Source: Octopus sinensis | Lineage: Eukaryota | DNA: 64,000 nt | NCBI RefSeq assembly: GCF_006345805.1 | Contig: NC_043004.1 | Coordinates: 104,718,001-104,782,000 of the forward strand | Reading direction: 5' to 3' | Shown: piece by piece, positions 1-12,577 of the stretch | How positions within the stretch are numbered: the first letter of the stretch is position 1 | How the letters are laid out: each line of letters starts with the position of its first letter | Program-made: the position numbers and the translations under genes | Notes under the pieces: model-generated | Seen by the model: only the letters and a program-made list of their open reading frames with translations | Told to the model about the DNA's origin: nothing | The model's database searches: none

Positions 1-1440
1 GAATGCTTGTCGATCGGAGAGTTTGCTTTCACTCATAGCTACTACATCTACACTTAGCAATCTGAAGTCGCCGAATAGATGGCTTTGTTTCCAAGGTTAC
101 TCCAGGCTACGTGCATTTATACTCCCTATCCTAAGATAAAGGTCATGCCATATTAAGGAACAGATGCGGAAAAGGTTACTTATAGTGATTTTGTTGGTGA
201 GGTGAGGTGTATGTTCCCTCCCCATTTCTATATTGGGATGTTTCCATAAGCAGTTCTTCATACAGTCTTTTGTTGATATTTGTCTTGAAAACACCGACGC
301 CTTCAGGATATTTAGTTTCTATAGGGTTGTATATATTTTGTGACGTAAGGATGACCTTTATGTGTGTTGATATGTTGCTTGTTGGTGTGATAAAATCGGT
401 GTGTGTGATATCTGTATGGTTATATATGTGTTCCATCAGTGCTTTATTGTTGGTGTTTATGACTGTGTAGTTGATAATGTTTGGATTTTGCTGGTGTTCA
501 GATGTACGACCTGAGAGTTGTGTGTGTGTGAATTGGGTTGTGTTTGTGATGGTGGTGTCTGTGATAGGGATGATGTTGTTGTTGACGGTACTGGTGTGGC
601 TACTGTTGGGGGTAGTATTTGGGTATTTGGTCTGAAAGGCGTCTCCCTCATCTGATCATACTTGCGAGTTGTTTTGTGAAGACATCGGTGTACTTTAGTT
701 TATTTTTCTTTAGTTTGTTTTTCTGCCAACATTTTGCTACTTTGGCTCTTTGTCGTCCCACTCACTACAGGTCATGTCTGACTGGTGCGAACACGGAAGG
801 AGTAAGCCTTACGGAGATTTTTGCTTATTGTTCTTGTTTCGGGGGATTCTGATGCTGGTATGTGGAGGCCATAGACATTGCTAGCACTCTGTTCTGTTTG
901 CTGCTGTTGCTTCCTCTCTTGTTGTTCTTTTTATTACTGCTGTCGGTGCTACTGTTGCTGCTGCTTCTGTTGTTTTTGCAACTGTAGTGGTCACCTGACA
1001 CTGCTGGTACTGTTGCTGTTGTTGTGGCGATGTCGGAAAAAGCAGGAGGTGGGGCTCCCTTTCTCTTTTGTTATGGCCTTTAGATGATTTGTGTCCTTAC
1101 ACAGGTGATACCTCGGCTCTCTACCCCCAACGGTCACGTGGAGGCTGGTGCCATCTGGTAAATTTATGACGTCCGGAATTGCTTTTAAACTTTCTTTATC
1201 CATTTGTACCTACAACTCTAAGCCTCGTCCCAACCAGTTTCGTTTATGCAGTTTCCACACCTGTATTATGATGTTTCTGTTTTGGTCCTCTATGTCCAGG
1301 AGGACAGCTACCACCAACCAACAGATGACTATTTCTGACGTTATGACTCCAATTTTTATTTTTTCCACTCTACGACCCAGGAAAAATAACACACAGCATC
1401 AACTGAGGTTTCTCTCTCACACACGAGTGGAAACCTGCTG
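1..1440 (-). mobile_element. Decayed Tx1/L1-like LINE 5' part: gag-like ORF1 with degenerate zinc knuckle and start of APE-endonuclease ORF2
   Basis: Minus-strand ORF 991-1203 has LHVTVGGREPRYHLCKDTNHLKA (degenerate CCHC knuckle). At ~135-1 it reads LRIGSINARSLE*PWKQSHLFGDFRLLSVDVVAMSESKL, an APE N-terminal motif. Frameshifts and stops are present. Confidence 0.7.
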
Positions 1441-1446
1441 TGATTA

Positions 1447-2000
1447 GATGTTTAAGTACTCAAGGTTACTGCAGGACGATAGATTAATGGAAAGAGAAGT
1501 AAGAGAGAATGTCTCAATAGAGTACAAGAGAAGGGTTAAGGCGTTCGCAACAAAACTGAATGGAGGGAATGTTATCAATGCTAGTATTAAGATATTCTGC
1601 TTCTATTCTAAAATGGACAAAGGCAGAACTACAGGAATTTGATAGAAGAATTTGGAAGATGCTCACAATATACAAAACACGCCATACTAATTGTAATATC
1701 GACTTTTAGTGCATTGTAATGTTAACCGAGTGCATAGATTCAAAGTGACAGAAAAGTGGCGTGAACACAGATCTTAATAACTGATCAAATTATTGAAGCA
1801 AGTAGACCAGATATGATTATAGAGGACATAGAGACAACTACTGTAAGAGCATTAAGATCATAGATTTTACAGTACCATGCAATAATAGAGTGGATACCAG
1901 AGAAGTTGAGAAAATTGATAAAGAGATTGTAGAAAACAAAGGTGATTATCGTTCCTCTGGTAATGGTTACTCTTAACATCACACCTAAACTGGTTTGGCT
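1447..2000 (+). mobile_element. Decayed Dong/R4-like (RLE-type) non-LTR retrotransposon fragment, copy 1
   Basis: EYKRRVKAFATKLNGGNVINA, later RPDMII and IIDFTVPC (PD..D restriction-like endonuclease region) and KTKVIIVPLV. Confidence 0.65.
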
Positions 2001-2399
2001 GAATAATGAGGTGGAGGACAATAACGATGATGAGGAGAGACATTTGTTTATTTTTCTTAAGGACTTATACTTACATGCATACAATGATTTTAAAAACTTT
2101 AACAGCAAATAAAATCTTCCGGTAATTGTTACCTTAATATTGATATAAGATAAAAACTTCAAATGAATATAAAAAGCAAGAATTAAAATATGATATAATA
2201 ATAAAGTAAAAAATAACCATTCAGGGTCAGTTACCCATCCACAAACGGGTGATTACTCATATTCTTTGGCTGAATCAGAGAGTCTCGCAACACTGGTCTT
2301 CTTCATGCCTCCGAAAGCGCTGTCCTCAAAAGTAGTTCGATAAAACCCTTCAAACCCGACTGAAACTAATAAAGCTAAAAAAATTAAATAGTAGCCTTT

Positions 2400-2910
2400 A
2401 TGCGAACCGATTCTCTCGACATGCCGCTCTAAGTGCAGAAGGGGCCTCCACGTGGCTGGCTCCCCGTCTCAACTTGAACGAGCAGGTCTCGAGTGCGGAG
2501 ACGATAAGCGCTCCGATGGCATAACCCTCATCCTATAGGAGGGAGGCATATCTCTAGTCTGAGATGCGACGTGCAACGACACGTTCTCCGGCCCCAACCT
2601 TGCACCATCTGCTGCAAACTGGGGAGCCGCCGTCCGTAACGTGGAGGAGAAGAACAATCAATAAATACAGGGGCCTGACCGGTCGCCGTCGAGACGTCAG
2701 GTGTTCCAGGACCCCGTACCATCGATTTTCCCTGTACTATAGGGATAATGGCGGTCCGTTAGAGAAATGAGAAGCACGAGGTGGAGTGGTTGCTGTAGCG
2801 AATGTCGCGGGCAATTCTCTGCGGCAACGCCATCAATGTCACTACCGCGGAGCGCAGCTGAACGCACCACTTGTTCTAGGACATGTAACCCATCGCTCCC
2901 TCCCACTCAA
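2400..2910 (-). mobile_element. Probable highly decayed Tx1-like ORF2 remnant
   Basis: GC-richer island; minus-strand fragments such as QQMVQGWGRR weakly resemble post-RT Tx1 sequence. No clean motif. Confidence 0.3.
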
Positions 2911-3619
2911 TCTTCTATTCTATCTCCCAACTTTTTCCTTTTCTTTCGTTTCCTTTTCTTTCTTTTCCTTTCTTATCTCTTTACTTTCTTGTCTATTTGT
3001 GCTTAAATTCTGTTATAAAATTCAAATGCAGTTGATAATCTAGCTGTGTTCTTTTTCGTTCTTTTTGTTTTTACAAACAGTTAATCACTCAGCTGCATCA
3101 GAAAATTCGGAGGTGATCCCTTCAATTGAAACATTGCTCTTCCTTGCATTTTCTTTCATTTCGTTTGTGAGTTATAATAGTTTTTCTTTTGCTATGCGAG
3201 GAACTGTGAACTTTAGTTCGACGTAAAGGACAAATAAGAAACGTCGCACATTTTGTAGTGTTGTTTTTTTTTTTTTTGTTTTTTGAGGGGTGGGATTGCT
3301 TTGTTTTTCTTGCACTCCTGCTCACGAGCAGCCTGGAACCCTGCTCACTTTACATCTCTTTTTTATTGTCACCGACGATGTGGGTGGCAGTGGCGTTTAT
3401 GGCATCCTGGTCAGTTCCTAGAATCAATTATGAGGCGATATCCTTCAAGGTTTCCGGAGTCAAATAGTATCCTAGCAATAACAGCTTCTGCGAAGTGCTT
3501 TTGATGCTTTCTTCTTTCTTATTTCTTTTTCGCTGCAAAGTTGCGTTGCTTTTCTGAAACGTTTTTAATTTCTAACTCGATCCCCACACTAATTTCGTTT
3601 TTGCTATCGCTATTCCCTT

Positions 3620-4410
3620 ACTAAACCTTTTGTTATCGATGACTGTCCCCGTTAACACAACCTCAATTAATTAACCACTCCGCGCCAGGAAAGACATTCA
3701 GTTCCCAATAACCAGATTCCTGCCTATGAAGCCTATCTGGGCCGGCCATACACATTTCTGCTTTGTGTAGCTGCCGAGTTTGAATTGTAGACAACCTTCC
3801 TATCTACTGGTTTACAAAATATTCCATTTAGATTATATCCGTTTGATACGGTGCGGAATGTTCATGCCAAAACTGGCACATTCGGGAAATCCAGTCAGTA
3901 CCTGTCATACAGTTGGTTACATCTGAGTAGCTTTGTGAGTCTTTTGGCACCATTTTCTATCGGCTAATCCCACATAGTCCTATCATGAATTCAGGTACTG
4001 TCCTAATTTTACACTAGCACTGAAGAGCGGTACGCACCTAGGAAAAATGTCCAACGTCTAAAGAAATTCATCCGCCTCGCGCCTTTCGAGGCAAAGACGC
4101 TTGCTTGTTGGGGTGGACGGTGTTGATCTTTACTGATATTATTGACCAGTAACTTGCTCTGTGGATCCAAGAAGATGATCCGTTCTGCGATATCCAGATT
4201 TATCTAAAACAACACACAGATTCCACTTTTCAACCCCGGTCGATTTAGAGATTTATACGCTTAGAGGCTGCTGAAGACAGGACCGAGGGCTTACGATCCA
4301 AAGATTTTGGTCTTTCTGATAGCCACTACATGTACGTCTAGTGACCTGAAGTCGACGTGAAGGTGGCTTGGCTTCCAAGGTGACCCCAAGTGATATGCAT
4401 TCATACTGCT
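3620..4410 (-). mobile_element. Tx1/L1-like APE endonuclease fragment, copy 2
   Basis: 4320-4410 aligns by eye with 38-130; 3620-4090 aligns with 6095-6585. Confidence 0.65.
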
Positions 4411-4899
4411 TAATAACACAATTTCTGATGTAGGCACAGCATCAGCAATTTTTATAGGATGGCGTTAATAGACACCATCGATCGCAGAACTTGACTAGTT
4501 CTCGACTGTATCACCCCTAGGGGATTGAAGATAAAGCTGACCTTGGCGATATTTGAACTCAGAGCATAAGGAGCTGGAACAAATACCGCAAGGCAATTTT
4601 TCCGACGCTTTGATCACGGTGGTAAATTACATTCGATTTCATTGATTACATTTCGTTCACACAGTTTATATAAGCCTTGAGTAACAAAGATAGTGGTTTA
4701 CGAAAACATATAGGGAAGTACAAGATAAAGATAGAAATGTGTCAAGCACATTATACAGAGAAGACAATTTGAAATGTATAAAGATAAGAACATGACTAAA
4801 CACACACGCCAAATGCATAAGATATTACTTTAAAATAACAGACAGGGTCATCTAAAATGTGCCCTCTCACACACACAGATGAGAACCAATAGGTTAGCT

Positions 4900-5770
4900 T
4901 CTCAAGTACTCAAGGTCGCTGCAAGACGACGGAGTAATGGAAAGAGAAGTTTAGAGAGAAAGAATCCAAGAGAATGGTCAAGGCGTTCGCAACAAAACTA
5001 AATAGAGGGAGTGTTACCAATGCAATGAAGCCAGGGGTCGTGCAGATATTTAAATATTCTGCTTTAGTCTAAAATGGACAAAGCCAGAGTTTCGAAAGAA
5101 GAACTTGGAAGTTGCTCACAATGTACAATGCACACCGTCCTGAAATTAATATGGATAGGCTCTGCCTAGCATGAAAAGAAAGCAGTAGAGGTTTGTTAAA
5201 CGCACAAGACACCATCAGTACTACGATATTATGTTTGAAAGAGTATGTCATACGCAGTGTAGAAAGAATATTGTCTGCGGCCTGAAATATCCAACACGGC
5301 TCAGAAACAAAATTCAAGAACAGAAAAAAGTGAGACAGGACAAACGGCTGGAAAGAGAAGAAATTGAATAATCACTTCATGCAGCAAACTGATGATACTG
5401 GAAACGCTAGTCTTCATAAAGACTGACCAAATTACTGAAGCAAAGAGACAACATATGATTGAAGAGAACATTAAAACAAATGCAGTAGAATCATTAAGAT
5501 CATATATTCTGCAGTATCATGTAACAATAGAGTGGATATCAAGGAAATTGAGAAAATTGTAAAATATCATAGTCTAGCCAGAGAGATAAAAAGATTGTGG
5601 AAAACAAAGGTGATAATTGTGCCACTACTAATTGGGTCACTTAACATCATACCTAAGCTGCCATCTGCAGGATGTTGAGACATGCATTGTCAAACTACAG
5701 AAACGTGACATCCTGTATTTTCTGCAAGAATCCTAAGAAACGTTCTTGAAATTTGAGGAGATTTCTCACC
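4900..5770 (+). mobile_element. Dong/R4-like fragment, copy 2
   Basis: Aligns with 1450-2000; contains HRPEINMDRLCLA*KESSRGLL (cf. HPKSDVDRLYLPRKEGGRGL consensus) and REIKRLWKTKVIIVP. Confidence 0.65.
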
Positions 5771-6094
5771 AAACGCCAAAACAACCGATGACTTTTGTCC
5801 CTCACCATTTTTAAAATCTCGTTTATATGATTGGTTGCAAGCAAACGACAGATGCAACTTATATAATGACCTAATCAATAATTAAGCAATGGAGATCTTT
5901 GAGAAACATTAGGTCATTTGTTTACTGACGGAATAACAACGAGAAGCGAGTAAGTGAGAGAGGGTAATAAAGAGCAAGTGGGAGAGAGTAAAAGGAAGAG
6001 GATCACAGACATATAGCAACTCTACCGAATGTAGCAATAGCTATGATGATGATGATGATAGGTTTCAAATTGTGGCATTAAGCTAGCAACTCCC

Positions 6095-7982
6095 TTATTA
6101 AACCTTTTGTTACCGATCACTTTCCCCGTTAACGATGCCTCATTTAATTAGTTAATCTTGTCTTTGTAAGCTTTCCGCGCCAGGAAAATCACATTCAGCT
6201 TTCAGTGAGCGGGGGTCTGCCTATGAAGCCTATCTGGGTCGGCCATACAAATCTGTGACCTGTGTAACCGATGAGTTTCAATTGTAGACACCGTTCCTAT
6301 CAACTAATTTATAAAATAATCTATCTAGATACTATTTAGATGGTCTGATGCAGTTTATTCATGTCCAGACTGGTACACTTGGGAAATCCAGTCAGAACCT
6401 GTCAAACAGTTGGTTACATCTCCGCTGCTTGATAAGTCTTTTGACACGGTTATTCTCACATACACCTACCATGCAACCAGATGCCATCTTAGTTTTACAC
6501 TAGCTCTGAAGAGCGGTACGTTCCCAGGAAAGACGCCCGACGTCAAAAGAAATCTGTATGCCTCACTCCTTTCGAGGCGTAGATATGAGGGGTGTTCATT
6601 AAAGATTTCCCATGACCCACTTCCCAAGGACTGGGATAAACGAAACTTGGCATAAGTATTAGTCCTTCTTCTACATAGCCACCACCAATGGTGACACAAT
6701 TCTCTCATTGCTTTATGCAGCTCTGAAGATTTCGTCTGACAAGTCGGTAGGTTGCGTCCGGAGCCAAGACTTCACCTTGGAAATAATCCGATAATTGCTT
6801 CCTCTTAAAAAAAAACTTCATGGTTGGAAAGAGGTGAAAGTCAGATGATGCGAGGTCGGAAGAGTAAGGGGGATGAAGAAGGATTTCTTAGCCACAGGAG
6901 TGTGGTTTCATGTGGGCAACATGCGCATTGTCAAGTGGGACGCTGTCTTCGAAGAGGCGGACTCTTTTTGCCAGAAAGCCACACCTGTCTGCTTTGATGG
7001 CGTCCGCAATTTCTAAATCAGAGAAGCATAATATTCCCCATTAATTGTGGTGCCCTTTACCAGAAAATCCATCATCAGTACTCTGCGCTGGTTCCACAAG
7101 CCTTCTTTGGAGGTAGTGAGTTATCATGCTCCCATTGCTTCGAGTGGACTTTAATCTCAGGATCATAGTGGTGTACCCATGTTTCATCCTGTGTGATAAA
7201 TCTACCGAAAAAGGCCTCCTCGTTTTCTTGGCACATTGCCAAAAGGGCCTAGGAGCAGTTGACCCGTTCCTGCTTCTGAAAAGGTATGAGCTTCCAGCGA
7301 ATCTATCATGCAGATAACTTTCCCATGTGCAAATAGTCGTGAATGATTTTTTCCACGGACCCGACACTTCACTTCTTAGGCTAGTTGTCGAAGAGTTATG
7401 CAGCAATCCTCGGAAATGGCAGCTTCCACTTTGTGGACAGTGTCGTCATCAATGGTAAAATGAGTCGTTCAGGAATAGGAGCAGTTTCCACCGATATCCA
7501 ACCACATTTGAACTGGTGATGCCAGTACTTGACTACACCGTATGATGGTACATCGTCACTATAAACTTCTTTCATCTCATCAAAAGTCTCTTTTGGCGTA
7601 CGACCTTTCAAGTACAAGAGCCTGATCACTGCTCTGCATTTAACTGCCTCCATTATAACACCTTAGTCCACTTCACCAGCCGTAAAAGACAAACGAATAT
7701 TAGTGGAAAGTTGCAATTTACAATGTGACATGTACAATTATACCTGTACAAGTTCCGTTTCCTGCAATAACCGGAAGTGGGTCGGGGGAAATATTTAATG
7801 AACACCCTCTCGTACCTACTTGTGGGAGGGTTTCATTTTCATTGGTGCTCACAATCAACATCACTTGCTCTCTGGATCCAGGAAGATGGTCCGTTTTGCG
7901 ATATCCAGCCCTATCTGAAAGAACACGGAGATTCCACTTTCGAACCCCGGTCGATTCGGAGATTTATACGCTTAAGGGCTGT
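6095..7982 (-). mobile_element. Tx1/L1-like APE fragment, copy 3, split by a mariner insertion
   Basis: Minus strand reads DRF*LDFPSVPVWT..YLDR..IGYTGHRFV..DRLHRQ..KLN. Sequence on both sides of the mariner is collinear with 4085-4270. Confidence 0.65.
6586..7812 (-). mobile_element. Near-full-length mariner (DD34D-type) transposon with decayed transposase
   Basis: ~40-bp imperfect TIRs (tgaggggtgttcattaaagatttcccatgacccacttcc / ggaagtgggtcgggggaaatatttaatgaacaccctctcg); TA at 6584-85 and 7813-14; ORF pieces MEAVKCRAVIRLLYLKG, ITQDETWVHHYDPE, LDNAHVA, HPPYSSDLASSDFHLF. Confidence 0.92.
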
Positions 7983-7984
7983 TG

Positions 7985-8290
7985 ATCATTAAGATCATTC
8001 ACTTTACAATATCGCGTATTAATAGAATGGATACCAGAGAAATTGAGAAAATTGAGAAATATCAGGATCTTTATCGGGGAGATAAAGAGAGTGTGGAAAA
8101 CAAAGGTGATAATTGTCTCTGTGGTGATTGGTACTCTTAGCCCAACACCCAAATTGCCACGTAAGCAGTTGCAGGATGTTAGAATTGAGGTACGCATTGC
8201 TACACCACAGAGAAGTGACATCCTGTAATTTCTGCAAGAATCCCAAGAAATATTTTTGACATCTTAGAATTTCTCATTAAACCTAAAAAC
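7985..8290 (+). mobile_element. Dong/R4-like 3' fragment, copy 3
   Basis: EKIEKYQDL..GEIKRVWKTKVIIVSVVIGTLS; aligns with 5490-5770. Confidence 0.65.
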
Positions 8291-8332
8291 AACATCCTTG
8301 CTAACTAAAGTAGCATGTATTAACTTTACAAC

Positions 8333-8349
8333 AACGACGACGAGGACGA

Positions 8350-8387
<38 letters not shown>

Positions 8388-8388
8388 C

Positions 8389-8420
<32 letters not shown>

Positions 8421-8440
8421 GGAGGAGGAGGAGGAGGAGG
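8333..8440. repeat. (ATG)n/(GAG)n microsatellite
   Basis: Direct reading. Confidence 0.95.
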
Positions 8441-8980
8441 AGTCTTTCAAATTTTAACACAAGGCGAACAAATTTAGTCAATTGCATCGCCCCTAATTTT
8501 TCGACAGGTACCTTGTCTTATGGTCCCCGAATGGATGAAAAGCAGTTGACCTCGGCGGGACTTGAACTCAATATTATTGTTTCTAACATAGAAACCAAAA
8601 CGAAAATGGTGAACAACGGGTTGCATTGACCTGGCACTTTAGTTATCAACGCCAAAAGGATAAACGGCGAAGTCACCACAACAGGATTTAAAGCATAAAA
8701 CGTTGTTAAGAATAGTAATTAAATAAAGTAAGACCACCGCTATACTGTCAATAATTTGCATAACTAAATTTCCAGCGAGAAATAAATAAAGACGAGCAAA
8801 ACAGAAGGTGGACGACATTATTCACATTCCAGTGTCTAAGCAAATATTTTTAAAAATTTGTTAGCGGCCTGTCGTATCAGCGTGTGAATGTTTCTTAAAA
8901 TCCTTTGTTGTAGAATAAGAATGACAGATGTCACAGCTTGTAGAACCGGTGAAGGAAAAAAAAAAAAAGAGTCTTCCTAT

Positions 8981-9371
8981 ACTCTTTTACTTGTTTCAGT
9001 CATTTGACTGCAGCCATGCTGGAGCACCGCCTTTAGTCGAGCAAATCGACCCCGGGACTTATTCTTTGTAAGCCCAGTACTTATTCTATCGGTCTCTTTT
9101 GCCGAACCGCTAAGTGACGGGGGACGTAAACACACAAGCATCAGTTGTCAAGCAATGCTAGGGGGACAAACACAGACACACAAACATATACACACACACT
9201 TATATATATATATACATATATACGACAGGCTTCTTTCAGTTTCCGTCTACCAAATCCACTCACAAGGCTATAACAGAAGACACTTGCCCAAGGTGCCACG
9301 CAGTGGGACTGAACCCGGAACCATGTGGTTGGTTAGCAAGCTACTTACCACACGGCCACTCCTGCGCCTAT
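8981..9371 (-). mobile_element. SINE family A (tRNA-derived head, internal (CA)/(TA) microsatellite); representative copy
   Basis: Head ggcgcaggagtggc..tggtaag..ggttcagtccc (Pol III A/B-box-like); tail gactgaaacaagtaaaagagt. Further full or partial copies at ~12146-12305(+), 14812-15235(-), 18375-18719(+), 19765-19915(-), 20003-20425(+), 20950-21407(-), 23615-24170(-), 26705-27070(-), 28610-28800(-), 35600-36060(+), 36645-38235(-), 42750-42960(-), 44292-44692(-), 50075-50600(+), 55655-55790(-), 61931-62415(+). Confidence 0.9.
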
Positions 9372-9584
9372 GACATTATTGTGTAGAAATTGTATTTATA
9401 TAGTGTTTATATTGTTGATTTATTGCAGTCTATTGTAACTCCACTCGAAAACAATCGTTGCTAACAACACTTATGTGAACTCTAAAGCATACTTACTATT
9501 ATATCAAATTAGGAAGATGAAAAATGGCACCATCATCACCAGCATCATTGCTATTAGTACAATAACTACAAATGATAAGAATAA

Positions 9585-9795
9585 TTCTTTCTACTATAGG
9601 CACAAGGCCTGAAATTTGGGTGGAGGAAATGGTCGATTACATGGATCCCAGGACTTAACTAGTGCTTAATTTATCGACCCCGAAAAAATGAAAGAAAAGT
9701 GAACCGCGTCGAAATTTGAACTCAGAACGTAAAGGTGGCGAAATGCCGCTAAGCATTTTTGTCTACTGTGCTAACGATTCTGCCAGCTCACTGCC

Positions 9796-9846
<51 letters not shown>

Positions 9847-10050
9847 TAATAATAATTCTTTCTACTATAAACAAAGGCCTGAAATTTTGTGGAAAGGGGC
9901 TAGTTGATTACATTTACCCCAGTGATTGACTGGTATTTATTTTATCGACCTCGGAAAAATGAAAAGCAAAGTCGACCACAGTGGGAATTGAAACCAGAAG
10001 GGAAATTTTCCGTGAAGCATTTTGTCCGACGTTCTAAAAGATTCTGCCAA
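9585..10050 (-). mobile_element. Two decayed SINE family B copies separated by (AAT)n
   Basis: Both match the reverse complement of 43247-43478. Confidence 0.75.
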
Positions 10051-10105
10051 GGTATGGTTCGATACATAAAAACATCACAGAAAAGTATATTACAACGCGC
10101 ACACG

Positions 10106-10149
<44 letters not shown>

Positions 10150-10775
10150 ACACACACACACACACATACACTCACTCACACACACACACTCACACACACA
10201 CACTCACACACACACACGCACACACTCACACACACACACACACAAACGCACACATACACATAGATACATTCACACTCACACAGACACACACACAAACGCA
10301 CACATACACATAGATACATTCACACTCACACACACACGCGCACAAACGCACACATACACATACATACATTCATATACACACACATACACTCACACACACA
10401 CACTCTCTCTCTCTTCCTTTTTCTCTTCTTCTCTCTTACGTCACACTTTGACTTCCCCTCTCTAACTATTCAATGACACTTTCTCATGCTGGGGTGAGAG
10501 TAATAGTAGGCATAGAGACGGTGAGAGCGTTGGCGAAGACAGAGAGAGAGGGGGAGAGAGAGAGAGAAATAGAGAGAGAGCGAGGGAAAATATAGAGAGA
10601 AAGTGGGTATGTGAGAGAAAAAGGGAGATGATGTACAACTTCTTGGACAGAAATTCCTGTGGCCAGAATACTGAACCAGATAGTGAACAATCATTTTTGT
10701 TTTATTTTTTACTTTCTTTAATACATATATACATATGTGTGTGTGTGTGTACATATATACATATACATATACATA

Positions 10776-11715
10776 CAGTTCTTGTTGGACCACCTTTGAC
10801 AGTAATTACAAATTGAATTCTACGAGGTATGGACTCGTATAAAGTTTGAATTGTTTCCAAAGGATTTTTTTTTCCATTCTTCAGCCCAAAAGTCTCCAGT
10901 TCTTGTAGTGATGATGGTGGAGGATATCGACTCCTTACTTCATTTTCTAAAATGCACCATAAATGTTCAATAATACTAAGATCTGGGAACTGTGGTGTTC
11001 CGATAAGATGTTCAACTTCACTAGAATGTTCCTCATGCCATTCAGTAACAACTTTAGCTCTGTGAATTGGTGCATTATCATCCTGAAAGATTGCGTTTTC
11101 TCCCGGAAACAGTTCCGCACCTGTAGGATGAAGTTGATAAGATAAATTGCTTAAATAGTCTTGACTAATTAATTCTGCCATAAAGGGAAACCATTGGGCT
11201 GGCGGATTTTCAAGATATAGCCCCCACCAGATCATCACAGTTGGAAGAAGACAGTCTGGGTCAAATGCTTCTTTTGGCTGTCTCCACACATATACTCGGC
11301 CGGTGGTCGGAAACAAGGTAAAAGATGATTCGTCCGAGAAAATTACATTCTTCCACTGCTCTAGGGACCAATTCTATAGATTTTTACTCCATTTTAAACT
11401 CTTTGCAAGGTTGTTTTTGAAAGTAGTGGTTTTTTTATTGTCGCCCTCCCGTGAAATCCGGCTTTGTGCAGCTCCCGGCGAACAGTTTTTGTGGAAACTT
11501 GGTTCTTGAGGTGGTCATTAAACTCTGCAGCAATTTTGGGAGCTGTACTTTTGTGATCCTTTCTAACAATTCGCGTAAGAGTCCGACGTTCCCTGTCTGA
11601 AAGTTTTGGTTTTCTTCCGGAGTTTTGTTTCAACGAGGAGGTTTTCCCTCTTTCTCAAAAGCTGTCATTACTTTTGAGACAGTACTTCTTGATACACCAA
11701 GCATTTCGGCTGTTA
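10776..11715 (-). mobile_element. Tc1-like (DD34E) transposase fossil
   Basis: ORFs 11394-11633 (SGRKPKLSDRERRTLTRIVRK..KKPLLS) and 10702-11316; motifs VIFSDESS, FQDDNAPIH, PQFPDLSIIEHLW; frameshifted. Confidence 0.9.
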
Positions 11716-11845
11716 CCGCCATACGCACACATACTCAGTCACTGCCACAAACACACGCTACCATACACACATACGCTATCACACACACACACACACACAC
11801 ACACACATCATCAAACACGCACACACCCACACATATACACTGATA

Positions 11846-12130
11846 CCAACCATTCTTCACACTCTTCTGACCCAGAAAGCACTTTCTTTTTGTCCATCTA
11901 CTTCCGGTCATCCCAATATGTAACTACACGTGGACTGCCGGCGATTTTTTTTCCTCCTTCTTCCTTTTCTTTTGAACTTTCTTGTCTCCTGTTTCCGAAG
12001 AAGAGCTTTGCTCGAAACATAAAACAACCACTCTTTCTTTCCTTCTCTTAGAGTCTTATTGATACCTTGTATGTACGACATCCTCGCTTTTGTTGCTTTT
12101 TCTTGTCTTTTTTCCTCCGTTTTTTTTTTA
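11846..12130 (+). mobile_element. Penelope-like terminal repeat (family H1) containing a minimal hammerhead fold
   Basis: Homologous by eye to 13975-14115(+), 21720-21975(-) and 55045-55225(-). Confidence 0.7.
11990..12026 (+). ncRNA. Minimal type-I hammerhead ribozyme-like motif (decayed, U4>C)
   Basis: TGTTT CCGAAGA A GAGC TTT GCTC GAA ACAT A AAACA: stem I TGTTT/AAACA, stem II GAGC/GCTC. Confidence 0.6.
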
Positions 12131-12331
12131 AAATTAATTATATTTAGGCACAGGAGTGGCTGCGTGGCATACCAACCATAATGTTCCGGGTTCAGTCCCA
12201 CTGCGTGACACCTTGGGCAAGTACCTTCTACTACAGCCTCGGGCTGACCAAAGCCTTGTAAGTGGATTTGGTAGACGGATACTGAAAGAATCCCGTCGTA
12301 TATATGTATGTATGTATATATATATATTATG

Positions 12332-12566
12332 CCTATTTCTTTATTACCCACAAGGGGATAAACATAGAGGGGACAAACAAGGACAGACAAAGGGATTAAG
12401 TCGATTACATCGACCCCAGTGCGTAACTGGTACTTAATTTATCGACCCCGAAAGGATAAAAGGCAAAGTCGACCTCGGCGGAATTTGAACTCACAACGTA
12501 ACGACAGACGAAATACGGCTACGCATTTCACCCGGTCTACTAACGATTCTGCCAGCTCGCCGCCTT
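12332..12566 (-). mobile_element. SINE family B, full-length
   Basis: Reverse complement of ggcggcgagctggcagaatcgttag...ccttgtgggtaataaagaaatag. Confidence 0.9.
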
Positions 12567-12577
12567 GTTATATTATA

